Below the pieces are notes generated by a model, which was given only the letters and a program-made list of their open reading frames with translations, was not told the origin of the DNA and searched no databases. From positions 1-45,798 of the forward strand of contig JAKLDZ010000001.1 of assembly GCA_022703255.1 (NCBI GenBank): 45,798 nt of DNA, read 5' to 3'. Each line of letters starts with the position of its first letter. Position 1 is the first letter of the stretch. The position numbers were made by a program, and so were the translations under genes. This DNA is from Myxococcota bacterium. GTDB taxonomy: Bacteria; Myxococcota_A; Polyangia; Polyangiales; Polyangiaceae. Shown here piece after piece: positions 1 through 6,771 of the stretch.

Positions 1-138
1 GCCGATGCGTTCGAGTCCAGGGAGCAGCAGGCGCAGGAGCGCCTCCGCGTCGCGGCGCGGGCGCTTCTCGCCACCGGCCAGTCCCCCTCCGAGGTCGCGT
101 CGTTGCTCGGAATCAGCATCGACGAACTCGGCAAGTAG
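1..138 (+). CDS. Uma2 family endonuclease paralog, 3' end only (5' part outside window)
   Basis: Frame 1 is open from nt 1 and reads ADAFESREQQAQERLRVAARALLATGQSPSEVASLLGISIDELGK, with TAG at 136-138. 137 of 138 nt are identical to 1669-1806, the 3' end of the complete Uma2 gene; the only difference is A118 vs G1786. Confidence 0.6.
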   Translation, partial: ADAFESREQQAQERLRVAARALLATGQSPSEVASLLGISIDELGK

Positions 139-690
139 CAGCGCGCAGAAGAGACTGCCACTCAGCCGAACACGGCGGTCCCCCGGCCCGTCCTGCACCC
201 CGCCCCCCACGCGCCCCACGTTCTCCCCTCCCGCCTCGCCGAGGAGAGGGTTGTTCTTCGTCAGCCCGCTCCTGACCAGATACAGCAGCACCGTTCGATC
301 ATCCGGGCCCCAACGCCTGCGAGGCTCGAAGTCCGCGGCGTAGCGCGCCCCCCGCGAGATGCGCATCGGCCCCAGCGCAAGCGTCGTGGTGGTGCTCAGC
401 GAGGGACGTCGCACGGTGGCATTCGAAGCGAGCACTGCCGGAGAAGCGCGAGCCGTCGCTGCGAGGATCCCGTCCACGTACAGACGACAGGTACTCCCGG
501 ACCTCTCGCAGGCCACGTGTTGCTACTGGTGCGGACGGATGAGCCCGAATACGAAGGCGGAGCTCGTTCCCGGACCTGCGCTGAAGATTACACCGCACGA
601 GATAGCGCCGCTCTCGCCGAGCCGTCGCGTCAGCAGCCTTGAGGTCGGTCCCCCGCCCGCGTGCTCACACGACGCGCGAGGGGAGCAGCG

Positions 691-810
691 GGGTGGCGGC
701 CGCCACTTTGCCCTGGCGGCCCGCCACTTTCTCAGATCGCAGCCAATTCGTAGGTGGAATTCAACTGCCTGCCGTGTTCCGAACTGCGATCGGGGTGGCG
801 GCCGCCACCC
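691..810. repeat. 120-nt element bounded by perfect 16-bp inverted repeats containing NotI palindromes
   Basis: GGGTGGCGGCCGCCAC (691-706) is the exact reverse complement of GTGGCGGCCGCCACCC (795-810). There is an inner inverted repeat, GATCGCAG (735-742) / CTGCGATC (784-791). A degenerate third copy TGGCGGCCCGCCAC lies at 714-727. Confidence 0.6.
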
Positions 811-936
811 GGTGCGCACGCCAACTGCGCGGAATCGCGTGGCCGCGATGGTGGCACCCGACGTGCACAAGCGTCGCGAGCGCGCCGGCGGTCGGCCGTG
901 TTGGACGATCGCGAGGCTGCGCTCTATTCTCGCGGT
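795..936 (+). repeat. ~140-nt intergenic repeat, copy A (copy B at 5113-5251)
   Basis: Aligns by eye with 5113-5251 over its whole length. The last ~50 nt (GTCGGCCGTGTTGGACG..CGCGAGGCTGCGCTCTATTCTCGC) are nearly identical. Both copies end directly at an ATG. Confidence 0.7.
901..930 (+). promoter_or_regulatory. sigma70-like promoter TTGGAC-N18-TATTCT inside repeat copy A
   Basis: TTGGAC at 901-906, an 18-nt spacer, TATTCT at 925-930. ATG 937 starts 6 nt after the -10 hexamer, which is leaderless geometry. Confidence 0.4.
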
Positions 937-1806
937 ATGGCCGCAGACAAGGACGACAGTGCGATGAGCCAACCCTGGCCCTGCTACCCGGTCAAGCCAC
1001 CGCCGCGCGGAGAGGACCTCCCCTATTCCGACGGTGTGCCCATGGAAAGCGAAATGCACGTCCACCAGATGAACCTGCTGACCGAGTCGCTGCGGGTCGC
1101 CTGGGCAGACCGCGACGACTTCTACGTCGGCGGCAACATGTTCGTGTACTACAGCGAGCTGCAGTCCAAGAAGAACGACTTCCGCGGCCCCGACGTGTTC
1201 GTGGTGCTCGACACCGTCAAGAAGGTGCGGCGCTCGTGGGTGGTCTGGGAAGAAGACGGTCGCACCCCCGACGTGGTGATCGAGCTGACGTCGCCGTCGA
1301 CCGAAGCGGTGGATCGAGGGGAGAAGAAGCGGATCTACGCACGAACCCTCCGGACGGCGGAGTACTACCTGTATGACCCCTACGAGAAGCGACTCGAGGG
1401 CTACCAGCTCGACCTCGGCCGGGGCGAGTACGAGCCGATGACGCCGGACGATCGAGGGTGGTATCGGAGCAAGATGCTCGGACTGTGGCTCGGTGTGCAG
1501 CGCGGCACCTTCCAGGGGCTCGATGAGCTGTGGTTGCGATGGATCGACGACGACGGCCTCGCGCTGCCGAGCGAAGGCGATCGGGCGGCCGCGGAACGAG
1601 CCAAGGCGGCCGAGGAGCGGGCGAGGGCCGACGAACAACGGGCGAGGGCCGACGAACAACGGGCGAGAGCCGATGCGTTCGAGTCCAGGGAGCAGCAGGC
1701 GCAGGAGCGCCTCCGCGTCGCGGCGCGGGCGCTTCTCGCCACCGGCCAGTCCCCCTCCGAGGTCGCGTCGTTGCTCGGAATCAGCGTCGACGAACTCGGC
1801 AAGTAG
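937..1806 (+). CDS. Uma2 family (DUF820) putative restriction-type endonuclease with coiled-coil and HTH-like C-terminal tail
   Basis: Part of ORF 754..1806. Family-typical stretch FYVGGNMFVYY...FRGPDVFVVLD...PDVVIELTSPSTEAVDRGEKKRIYARTLRTAEYYLYDP. ATG 937 is in frame; ATG 964 is an alternative start. Confidence 0.85.
   Translation: MAADKDDSAMSQPWPCYPVKPPPRGEDLPYSDGVPMESEMHVHQMNLLTESLRVAWADRDDFYVGGNMFVYYSELQSKKNDFRGPDVFVVLDTVKKVRRSWVVWEEDGRTPDVVIELTSPSTEAVDRGEKKRIYARTLRTAEYYLYDPYEKRLEGYQLDLGRGEYEPMTPDDRGWYRSKMLGLWLGVQRGTFQGLDELWLRWIDDDGLALPSEGDRAAAERAKAAEERARADEQRARADEQRARADAFESREQQAQERLRVAARALLATGQSPSEVASLLGISVDELGK
1618..1674 (+). repeat. 21-bp in-frame tandem repeat (2 perfect units plus a partial) encoding RARADEQ heptads
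   Basis: CGGGCGAGGGCCGACGAACAA occurs at 1618-1638 and 1639-1659, with a diverged partial unit at 1660-1674, inside the Uma2 C-terminal coiled-coil region. Confidence 0.8.
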
Positions 1807-1833
1807 CTGCGCGCAGAAGAGACTGCTACTCAG
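1669..1833 (+). repeat. direct repeat, copy 2 of nt 1-165 (offset 1668)
   Basis: The coding part has 1 mismatch in 138 nt. The similarity continues ~27 nt past the stop codon with 2 mismatches (GCGCGCAGAAGAGACTGC[C/T]ACTCAG). Confidence 0.85.
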
Positions 1834-1867
1834 ACGCGCACGCGCACGCGCACGTCGAACGAGCACG
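1831..1867. repeat. left arm of imperfect inverted repeat with a (CGCGCA)3 alternating Py-Pu tract; right arm at 5035-5066
   Basis: CAGACGCGCACGCGCACGCGCACGTCGAACGAGCACG compared with the reverse complement of 5035-5066, CAGATCGCGCACGCGCACGCCGAACGAACACG. The two arms differ by one hexamer unit and a few mismatches. Confidence 0.55.
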
Positions 1868-2048
1868 TGGGGGGAGCGCGACGTCGATGGGGCTTCGGAC
1901 TCGCGAGCGGACTGTGCACGGGTTGCTCAATCGTTGAGAACGCGGTGCGCGACGCAGAGCCGGGCATCGCGAGATCCTTGGGGAATGTCCGGACGATCGG
2001 TTGGCACCCCGGTTGCTGTGATGAGCAGGACCCAACCGGAGGTGCTCC

Positions 2049-5006
2049 ATGCTTCGCACAACGAATCGGCTCGTCTTCGCCTCGCTCGCCTCGTTGATGT
2101 TCGTCGGGTGCGGTGGAGGTGGCGACGAAGCGGACCTGACGGGGGCCGGTGGTGCCGGACAGTCCGACGCGGCATCCGACACGAGCACCGGAGGCAAGGC
2201 CGGAAGTGGTGGCAGCGCCGGCTCCGCAGGCACGGCGGGTGCGGCAGGAAGCGCTGGCACAGGGGGCACTGCTGGGATGGGAGGCAGTGCGGGGACCGCA
2301 GGCAGCGCCGGGGCGGACGCCGGCGACGACGCGGCGCCGGTCTGCACGAAAGGGGACTTCAAGTGCGAGGGCGACGTGCTGCAGACCTGCACCGAAGATG
2401 GTTCGCAGTACCTCAACGTGGCGAGCTGCAAGGCAGGGCTGTGCGACGCTGCGGGCAAGCAGTGCGACAACTGCGTCGCGAAGGAGACCAAGTGTCTGAC
2501 CGATTCGCGGCTGCAGACCTGCAGCGACGACGGCCAGATGGTGTCCGAAGCCGATTGCCCTGCAAGCGCGAAGTTCTGCGCCGTGTCGGGCGGAGTCGCG
2601 AGTTGCATCGAGTGCACAAAGACCGCCGACTGTGTCGTCTCGACGAGCGAGTGCCAGATGGCGGCGTGCGGCACCGATGGCATCTGCGGCACCGTCCTGG
2701 TCGCCAAGGACACGCCGTGCGGCGCGGTGGGAGCGGGCGGCAAGTGCGACGGCGCGGGCGCATGCCGGTACTGCAGCGCGGGCGAAGTGCGGTGCAGCAG
2801 TCTGACCCCGGAGACGTGCGACGCCGAGGGGCAGTGGATCGCGGGCGCCGCGTGCGGCGGCAACGAGCCGCTGTGTCTGGGCGGGGCCTGTGTGCAGTGC
2901 GTGTCCGCAGGAGATTGCCCGGCGTCGTCGAACGAGTGCGTGCAGCCCGCGTGCGACGCCGTGAACGCTTGCGGATACACTCCGAAGGCGACCGGTACGG
3001 GCTGCGCCAACGGGCTCGGCAAGTGCGACGGAGCGGGGCAGTGCAACGTGTGTACGCCGGGGACCGCGGTTTGCAACGGCAACGTGCCGCTCGTGTGCGG
3101 CGCGAACGGGCAGTATGCACCGCAGCCGGCGTGCGGCGGCGCGACGCCGAACTGCGACGCGGCGACGGGAACCTGCGTGCAGTGCACGACTGCCACGCAG
3201 TGCGCGTTGGGCAACGAGTGTCTCACGGCTTCGTGCACGGCCAACACCTGCGGATACCTTCCCAAGCCCTCGGGAACCGCGTGCACCGGCGGAACTTGCA
3301 GCCCCCTCGGAACATGCCAGGCCTGCACACCAGGAGGGGTGAAGTGCGTGGGGGAAAGCGTGCAGACCTGCAACAGCAGCGGGCAGTACGACCCGGTCGT
3401 CGCTTGCGTGGCGCCGAAACCGTACTGCGACGATGCGACGACGAGCTGCGTGGAGTGTGAGACCGCGGGGCAATGCCCAGCAGCGAGCAACGAGTGTCTG
3501 GTGGCGACGTGCACCGGGTCGGCCTGCGGCTTCGCGCCGAAGCCGGCGGACACGAACTGCGCGGGGGGCACAGGCAAGTGCAACGGAGCAGGGCAGTGCA
3601 ACGTGTGCACGCCCGGCACGCGGATCTGCAACGGCAACGTGCCGCTGCTGTGCGAGTCCAACGGGCAATACGCGCCGCAGGCTGCCTGCAGCGGAGCCAC
3701 GGCGAACTGCGATCCGGCGACGGGGACTTGCGTGCAGTGCACGGTGGCGAGCCAGTGTCCGGCTTCGGGCAACCCGTGTCTGGACGCGGTGTGCAACAGC
3801 AACACGTGCGGTTTCGCTCCGAAGCAGCTCGGAGCGGCCTGTCCGGGGGGAACCTGCAGCGGCAGTGGCGTGTGCTGGGCGTGCACGCCGAGCACGGAGG
3901 TGTGTAGCGGCAATGGCGTGCTGACGTGCAATGTCAACGGGCAATACGACCCGATTGCGAACTGCGTAGCCCCGAAGCCCTACTGCGAACCCGGGAGCGT
4001 GGAGTGCGTGGAGTGCATGACCGCCGGGCAGTGCACCACGCCGGTGAATCCTTGTTTGCAGGCGACGTGTGCGGGCAACGTGTGCGGAATCGGGAACAAG
4101 GCCGACGGGACCTCGTGCGCGGTGGCGAGCGACACCGGTACGTGCAGCGCGGGCAACTGCCGGGTGTGCACGACGGGTGCGAAGAGGTGCAAGACGGGAG
4201 TGACCAACGTCGCGCAGACGTGCGATGCGAATGGGCAGTGGGGGGATTCGGCTACATGCAGCGGGGCGACGCCGGTGTGCGTTGCGGGGGCGTGCGTGTC
4301 GGATCAGGCCTGCGCAGACGGCACAGTCGAGCTTGGAGAGGCGGAATGGAAGCGCACGGACATTGCGTACTGTGCGACCGGCAAGCTCGACGTCCCGGCC
4401 ACGGCCGTGGCCGCCTGCGGTCCGGGCTGGCATGTCTGCACGGCGGCGGAGTTCACGTCTCGCAACGACTTCCGCGTGCTCCCGGCCGGATCCACCGGAT
4501 TCTCCGCGACGCTGGACGACGGAGTCAACTGTCGGGTGGTCGACAACGGAACGGCTACTGGCCACAATGCGACTTCGGATGCCGTCCGCGCCGGCTACGC
4601 GGGCTCGTGTACCGGGACGTTGTCGAACTCGACGTGGGGACGTCAGGTGATGTCGCCGTGGCAGGGGGGCTGCGATTGGGGATCGTCGTGCGGGGTCATG
4701 TGCTGCAGTTCCCCGCCGGCTCCAACCTGGAAGCTCATGGGCACCAAGTCTGCCCAGGTCATGTTCGGTTCGTGCAGTCAGACCGAGACCAAGACGATCA
4801 CGTGCAGCACGGGGAATCTCGGCTCCGAAGTCCGAATCTACAACAACAACGGAGTGTTGCTCAAGCCGGGCACGGCAGACACCGGTGCCTACCAGGGGAT
4901 GTCCGCCACGGTCAACGGCGCGACCATGTCACTCACCGGAAGAACCGGCTGCGGCGCTGACAACCTCCAGACCCAAACCGTGACCTACTACGTCTGCGGC
5001 TACTGA
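2049..5006 (+). CDS. giant secreted Cys-rich modular repeat lipoprotein
   Basis: 985-aa ORF. The N-terminus MLRTTNRLVFASLASLMFVGC is a signal peptide plus a lipobox-like Cys, followed by a G/A/S-rich linker. About 14 Cys-rich modules then alternate between two types: CxxGxxxCxGxxxxxCxxxGQ[YW]x5Cx5-6C and VxCxxxxxCxxxxxxCxxxxCxxxxCGxxxKxxGTxC. The C-terminal ~250 aa are non-repeat. Confidence 0.85.
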   Translation: MLRTTNRLVFASLASLMFVGCGGGGDEADLTGAGGAGQSDAASDTSTGGKAGSGGSAGSAGTAGAAGSAGTGGTAGMGGSAGTAGSAGADAGDDAAPVCTKGDFKCEGDVLQTCTEDGSQYLNVASCKAGLCDAAGKQCDNCVAKETKCLTDSRLQTCSDDGQMVSEADCPASAKFCAVSGGVASCIECTKTADCVVSTSECQMAACGTDGICGTVLVAKDTPCGAVGAGGKCDGAGACRYCSAGEVRCSSLTPETCDAEGQWIAGAACGGNEPLCLGGACVQCVSAGDCPASSNECVQPACDAVNACGYTPKATGTGCANGLGKCDGAGQCNVCTPGTAVCNGNVPLVCGANGQYAPQPACGGATPNCDAATGTCVQCTTATQCALGNECLTASCTANTCGYLPKPSGTACTGGTCSPLGTCQACTPGGVKCVGESVQTCNSSGQYDPVVACVAPKPYCDDATTSCVECETAGQCPAASNECLVATCTGSACGFAPKPADTNCAGGTGKCNGAGQCNVCTPGTRICNGNVPLLCESNGQYAPQAACSGATANCDPATGTCVQCTVASQCPASGNPCLDAVCNSNTCGFAPKQLGAACPGGTCSGSGVCWACTPSTEVCSGNGVLTCNVNGQYDPIANCVAPKPYCEPGSVECVECMTAGQCTTPVNPCLQATCAGNVCGIGNKADGTSCAVASDTGTCSAGNCRVCTTGAKRCKTGVTNVAQTCDANGQWGDSATCSGATPVCVAGACVSDQACADGTVELGEAEWKRTDIAYCATGKLDVPATAVAACGPGWHVCTAAEFTSRNDFRVLPAGSTGFSATLDDGVNCRVVDNGTATGHNATSDAVRAGYAGSCTGTLSNSTWGRQVMSPWQGGCDWGSSCGVMCCSSPPAPTWKLMGTKSAQVMFGSCSQTETKTITCSTGNLGSEVRIYNNNGVLLKPGTADTGAYQGMSATVNGATMSLTGRTGCGADNLQTQTVTYYVCGY
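3021..4130 (+). repeat. in-frame tandem duplication, 2 x 555 bp (185 aa), inside the Cys-rich gene
   Basis: KCDGAGQCNVCTPGTAVCNGNVPLVCGANGQYAPQ starts at 3021 and KCNGAGQCNVCTPGTRICNGNVPLLCESNGQYAPQ at 3576. The two copies align end to end, with roughly two thirds of residues identical by eye. Confidence 0.7.
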
Positions 5007-5034
5007 GCCCCCGTCTCCAACTGGCCTTCGTGTG

Positions 5035-5066
5035 CGTGTTCGTTCGGCGTGCGCGTGCGCGATCTG
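5035..5066. repeat. right arm of the inverted repeat flanking the Cys-rich gene
   Basis: CGTGTTCGTTCGGCGTGCGCGTGCGCGATCTG is the reverse complement of the left arm 1831-1867. It lies 29 nt after the stop codon at 5006. Confidence 0.55.
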
Positions 5067-5112
5067 CACCGCCTCTCGGCCCTCGCGTTGTTCTGCACGG
5101 CCCCCCCCGGGC

Positions 5113-5251
5113 GAGGCCGCCACCTGGGGCGCAAGCCGACTGCGCGCAATCACCTCGCGGTGCTCGCGGCACCGGACGTGCCCAGGCATGGCAACCACGC
5201 CGGCAGTCGGCCGTGTTGGACGGCCGCGAGGCTGCGCTCTATTCTCGCCGA
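5113..5251 (+). repeat. ~140-nt intergenic repeat, copy B (copy A at 795-936)
   Basis: Same order of conserved blocks as copy A: GGCCGCCACC, ACTGCGCG, GGCACC.GACGTGC, GCCGGC.GTCGGCCGTGTTGGACG, GCGAGGCTGCGCTCTATTCTCGC. Confidence 0.7.
5216..5245 (+). promoter_or_regulatory. sigma70-like promoter TTGGAC-N18-TATTCT inside repeat copy B
   Basis: TTGGAC at 5216-5221, an 18-nt spacer, TATTCT at 5240-5245. The in-frame ATG 5252 starts 6 nt after the -10 hexamer, the same geometry as copy A. Confidence 0.4.
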
Positions 5252-5326
5252 ATGACCGCGGAGTCCAATCTCGAGCACGGTGGTGGCGTGGCTGCTCGGG
5301 CTCCGCGTGGAGGAGCTGGCAGAGCC

Positions 5327-6232
5327 ATGAAGTGGGTCGTGAGCGGAGGGACCGGATTCATCGGAACCGCGCTGGTCCGATCACTCGAAGGCGCAGGCCA
5401 TGAGGTCGTGGTGCTCTCGCGCCGGGCAGGCCGCTCCGAGGGCAGGACGCGGCAGGTGGCCTGGACTCCGGGTGAGCCCGGGCCGTGGATGAGCGAGCTC
5501 GACGGCGCCGACGTCGTGGTGCACCTCGCCGGCGCGGGCGTCATGGACAAGCGTTGGAGCGCGGAGCGACTCGAGGAGATCCGCAGGACCCGCGTGGAGC
5601 CCGGGCGCCTGATCGCAGAGGCGATCGCCGGCGCCAGCCATCGCCCGCGCGTGCTCGTCAGCGGCTCCGCGGTGGGCATCTACGGGATGCGGATGGACGA
5701 CGCGGAGCTCGCGGAGGAGACTGCCGCGGGCTCCGACGTGCTCGCGAAGATCTGCGTGGAATGGGAGCAGTGCGCGGACAGCGCACGTGCCGCGGGCGTG
5801 CGCGTCGTTCATCCGAGGACCGGCATCGTGATCGGGACCGAGGGCGGAGCGCTCGCGAAGATGCTCCCGGCGTTCAAGGCCTTCGTCGGTGGGCCGCTCG
5901 GGTCGGGGCGGCAATGGGTCCCGTGGGTGCGCCGCGACGACGTCGTGGGAGCGATCACCTTCGCGGCGGACAGCGATCGGATCGTCGGCCCCTTCAACGT
6001 GACCGCGCCGTCGCCGGTGCGCATGCGGGAGCTCGCGGAGGTGATCGGACGCGTGTTGCGGCGTCCCAGCCTCATGCCCGTGCCCGCTGCCGCGCTGCGG
6101 CTGATGCTCGGTGGTGGCGCCGAGGCGCTTCTCACGGGCCAGCGCGCGATTCCCGCGAAGCTTCTGGAAGCGGGATACCCCTTCCGATTCCCAGCGCTCG
6201 AGGACGCGCTGCGGGACTTGCTGAGGACCTGA
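5327..6232 (+). CDS. TIGR01777/YfcH-type NAD-dependent epimerase family protein (SDR fold with DUF1731-like C-terminus)
   Basis: MKWVVSGGTGFIGTALV GxxGxxG N-terminus, ~300 aa as is typical for the family, GGAGG 13 nt upstream of ATG 5327. ATG 5252 is an in-frame alternative start that adds 25 aa. Confidence 0.85.
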   Translation: MKWVVSGGTGFIGTALVRSLEGAGHEVVVLSRRAGRSEGRTRQVAWTPGEPGPWMSELDGADVVVHLAGAGVMDKRWSAERLEEIRRTRVEPGRLIAEAIAGASHRPRVLVSGSAVGIYGMRMDDAELAEETAAGSDVLAKICVEWEQCADSARAAGVRVVHPRTGIVIGTEGGALAKMLPAFKAFVGGPLGSGRQWVPWVRRDDVVGAITFAADSDRIVGPFNVTAPSPVRMRELAEVIGRVLRRPSLMPVPAAALRLMLGGGAEALLTGQRAIPAKLLEAGYPFRFPALEDALRDLLRT

Positions 6233-6526
6233 CTGGGCGCGCCGTGACGGTGACTCTGAGGAGCTCGGGGAGCTGGATCGCGCCGTCCTCGCAGGGATGG
6301 ATTCGACAGTCCGCGTGGCTCGGACCATCGTACCGGACGGCGTGATCACTCCCCAGCCGCGTGGCAGCGCGAGCCACGCCGCCGCATCGGACGGGGCCGC
6401 CTCGAGGAACACGCCTGCCCCCCGCTGAGCTGGCTCGAGGCTGCGGACGCAACGCCCGTCGGGCAGCCACGCCGCTCCCCGCGGCAAGGAGTACCGTACG
6501 CCTCCAAAAACGGGAGGGTGGACGCG

Positions 6527-6753
6527 GTGAGCACGCCAGAGCTGGAGCCGCAGATCAAGGGAGCGGCCATGCAGGAGACGATTCGTTTCGTGAGCGAGCG
6601 GTTCGGCGCCGATGCGCACGATCGCGAGCTGGCAGCGTTGCGACGCGAGCCCGGCTCATCGAGGTGACCGGCGGGAAGGACCCCGCCATCGTCCACGCCG
6701 CGTGCCGGTGCCGCGGGCACAATCGGTGCGTGTTCACGTGCAGGTGGCCCTGA
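6527..6753 (+). pseudogene. internally deleted, frameshifted remnant of a small sensor-like protein (V4R / myxobacterial DUF2378-like, tentative)
   Basis: GGGAGGG lies 8 nt before GTG 6527. The ORF reads VSTPELEPQIKGAAMQETIRFVSERFGADAHDRELAALRREPGSSR and stops at TGA 6665-6667. From ~6650 another frame reads RLIEVTGGKDPAIVHAACRCRGHNRCVFTCRWP and stops at 6751-6753. These look like the N- and C-termini of one protein with the middle missing. Confidence 0.35.
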
Positions 6754-6771
6754 CGCCGGCGATCGCGTGCA

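Noticed and set aside
359-967. 202-aa + strand ORF between the Uma2 copies
   Set aside because: It reads through the palindromic element and the 140-nt repeat, which is conserved at the nucleotide level upstream of an unrelated gene. It has only moderate GC3 and no recognisable motif. Coding status of its first ~330 nt remains open; see the finding for 139-690.
1826-4565. Very long minus-strand ORFs (703 and 911 aa) antisense to the Cys-rich lipoprotein gene
   Set aside because: Their translations are Arg/Ala/Pro/His-rich and low in complexity, with no motifs. They mirror the + strand gene, which has a clear signal peptide and ordered Cys repeats. These are typical shadow ORFs in very GC-rich DNA.
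4250-5006. Diversity-generating retroelement target in the lectin-like C-terminal domain of the Cys-rich protein
   Set aside because: No reverse transcriptase gene, and no template repeat matching the 3' end of the gene, was found in the window.
6132-6470. 112-aa minus-strand ORF downstream of the epimerase
   Set aside because: It overlaps the 3' end of the epimerase gene in antisense, its composition is Arg/Pro/Ala-dominated, and it has no start context. It is likely a shadow ORF.
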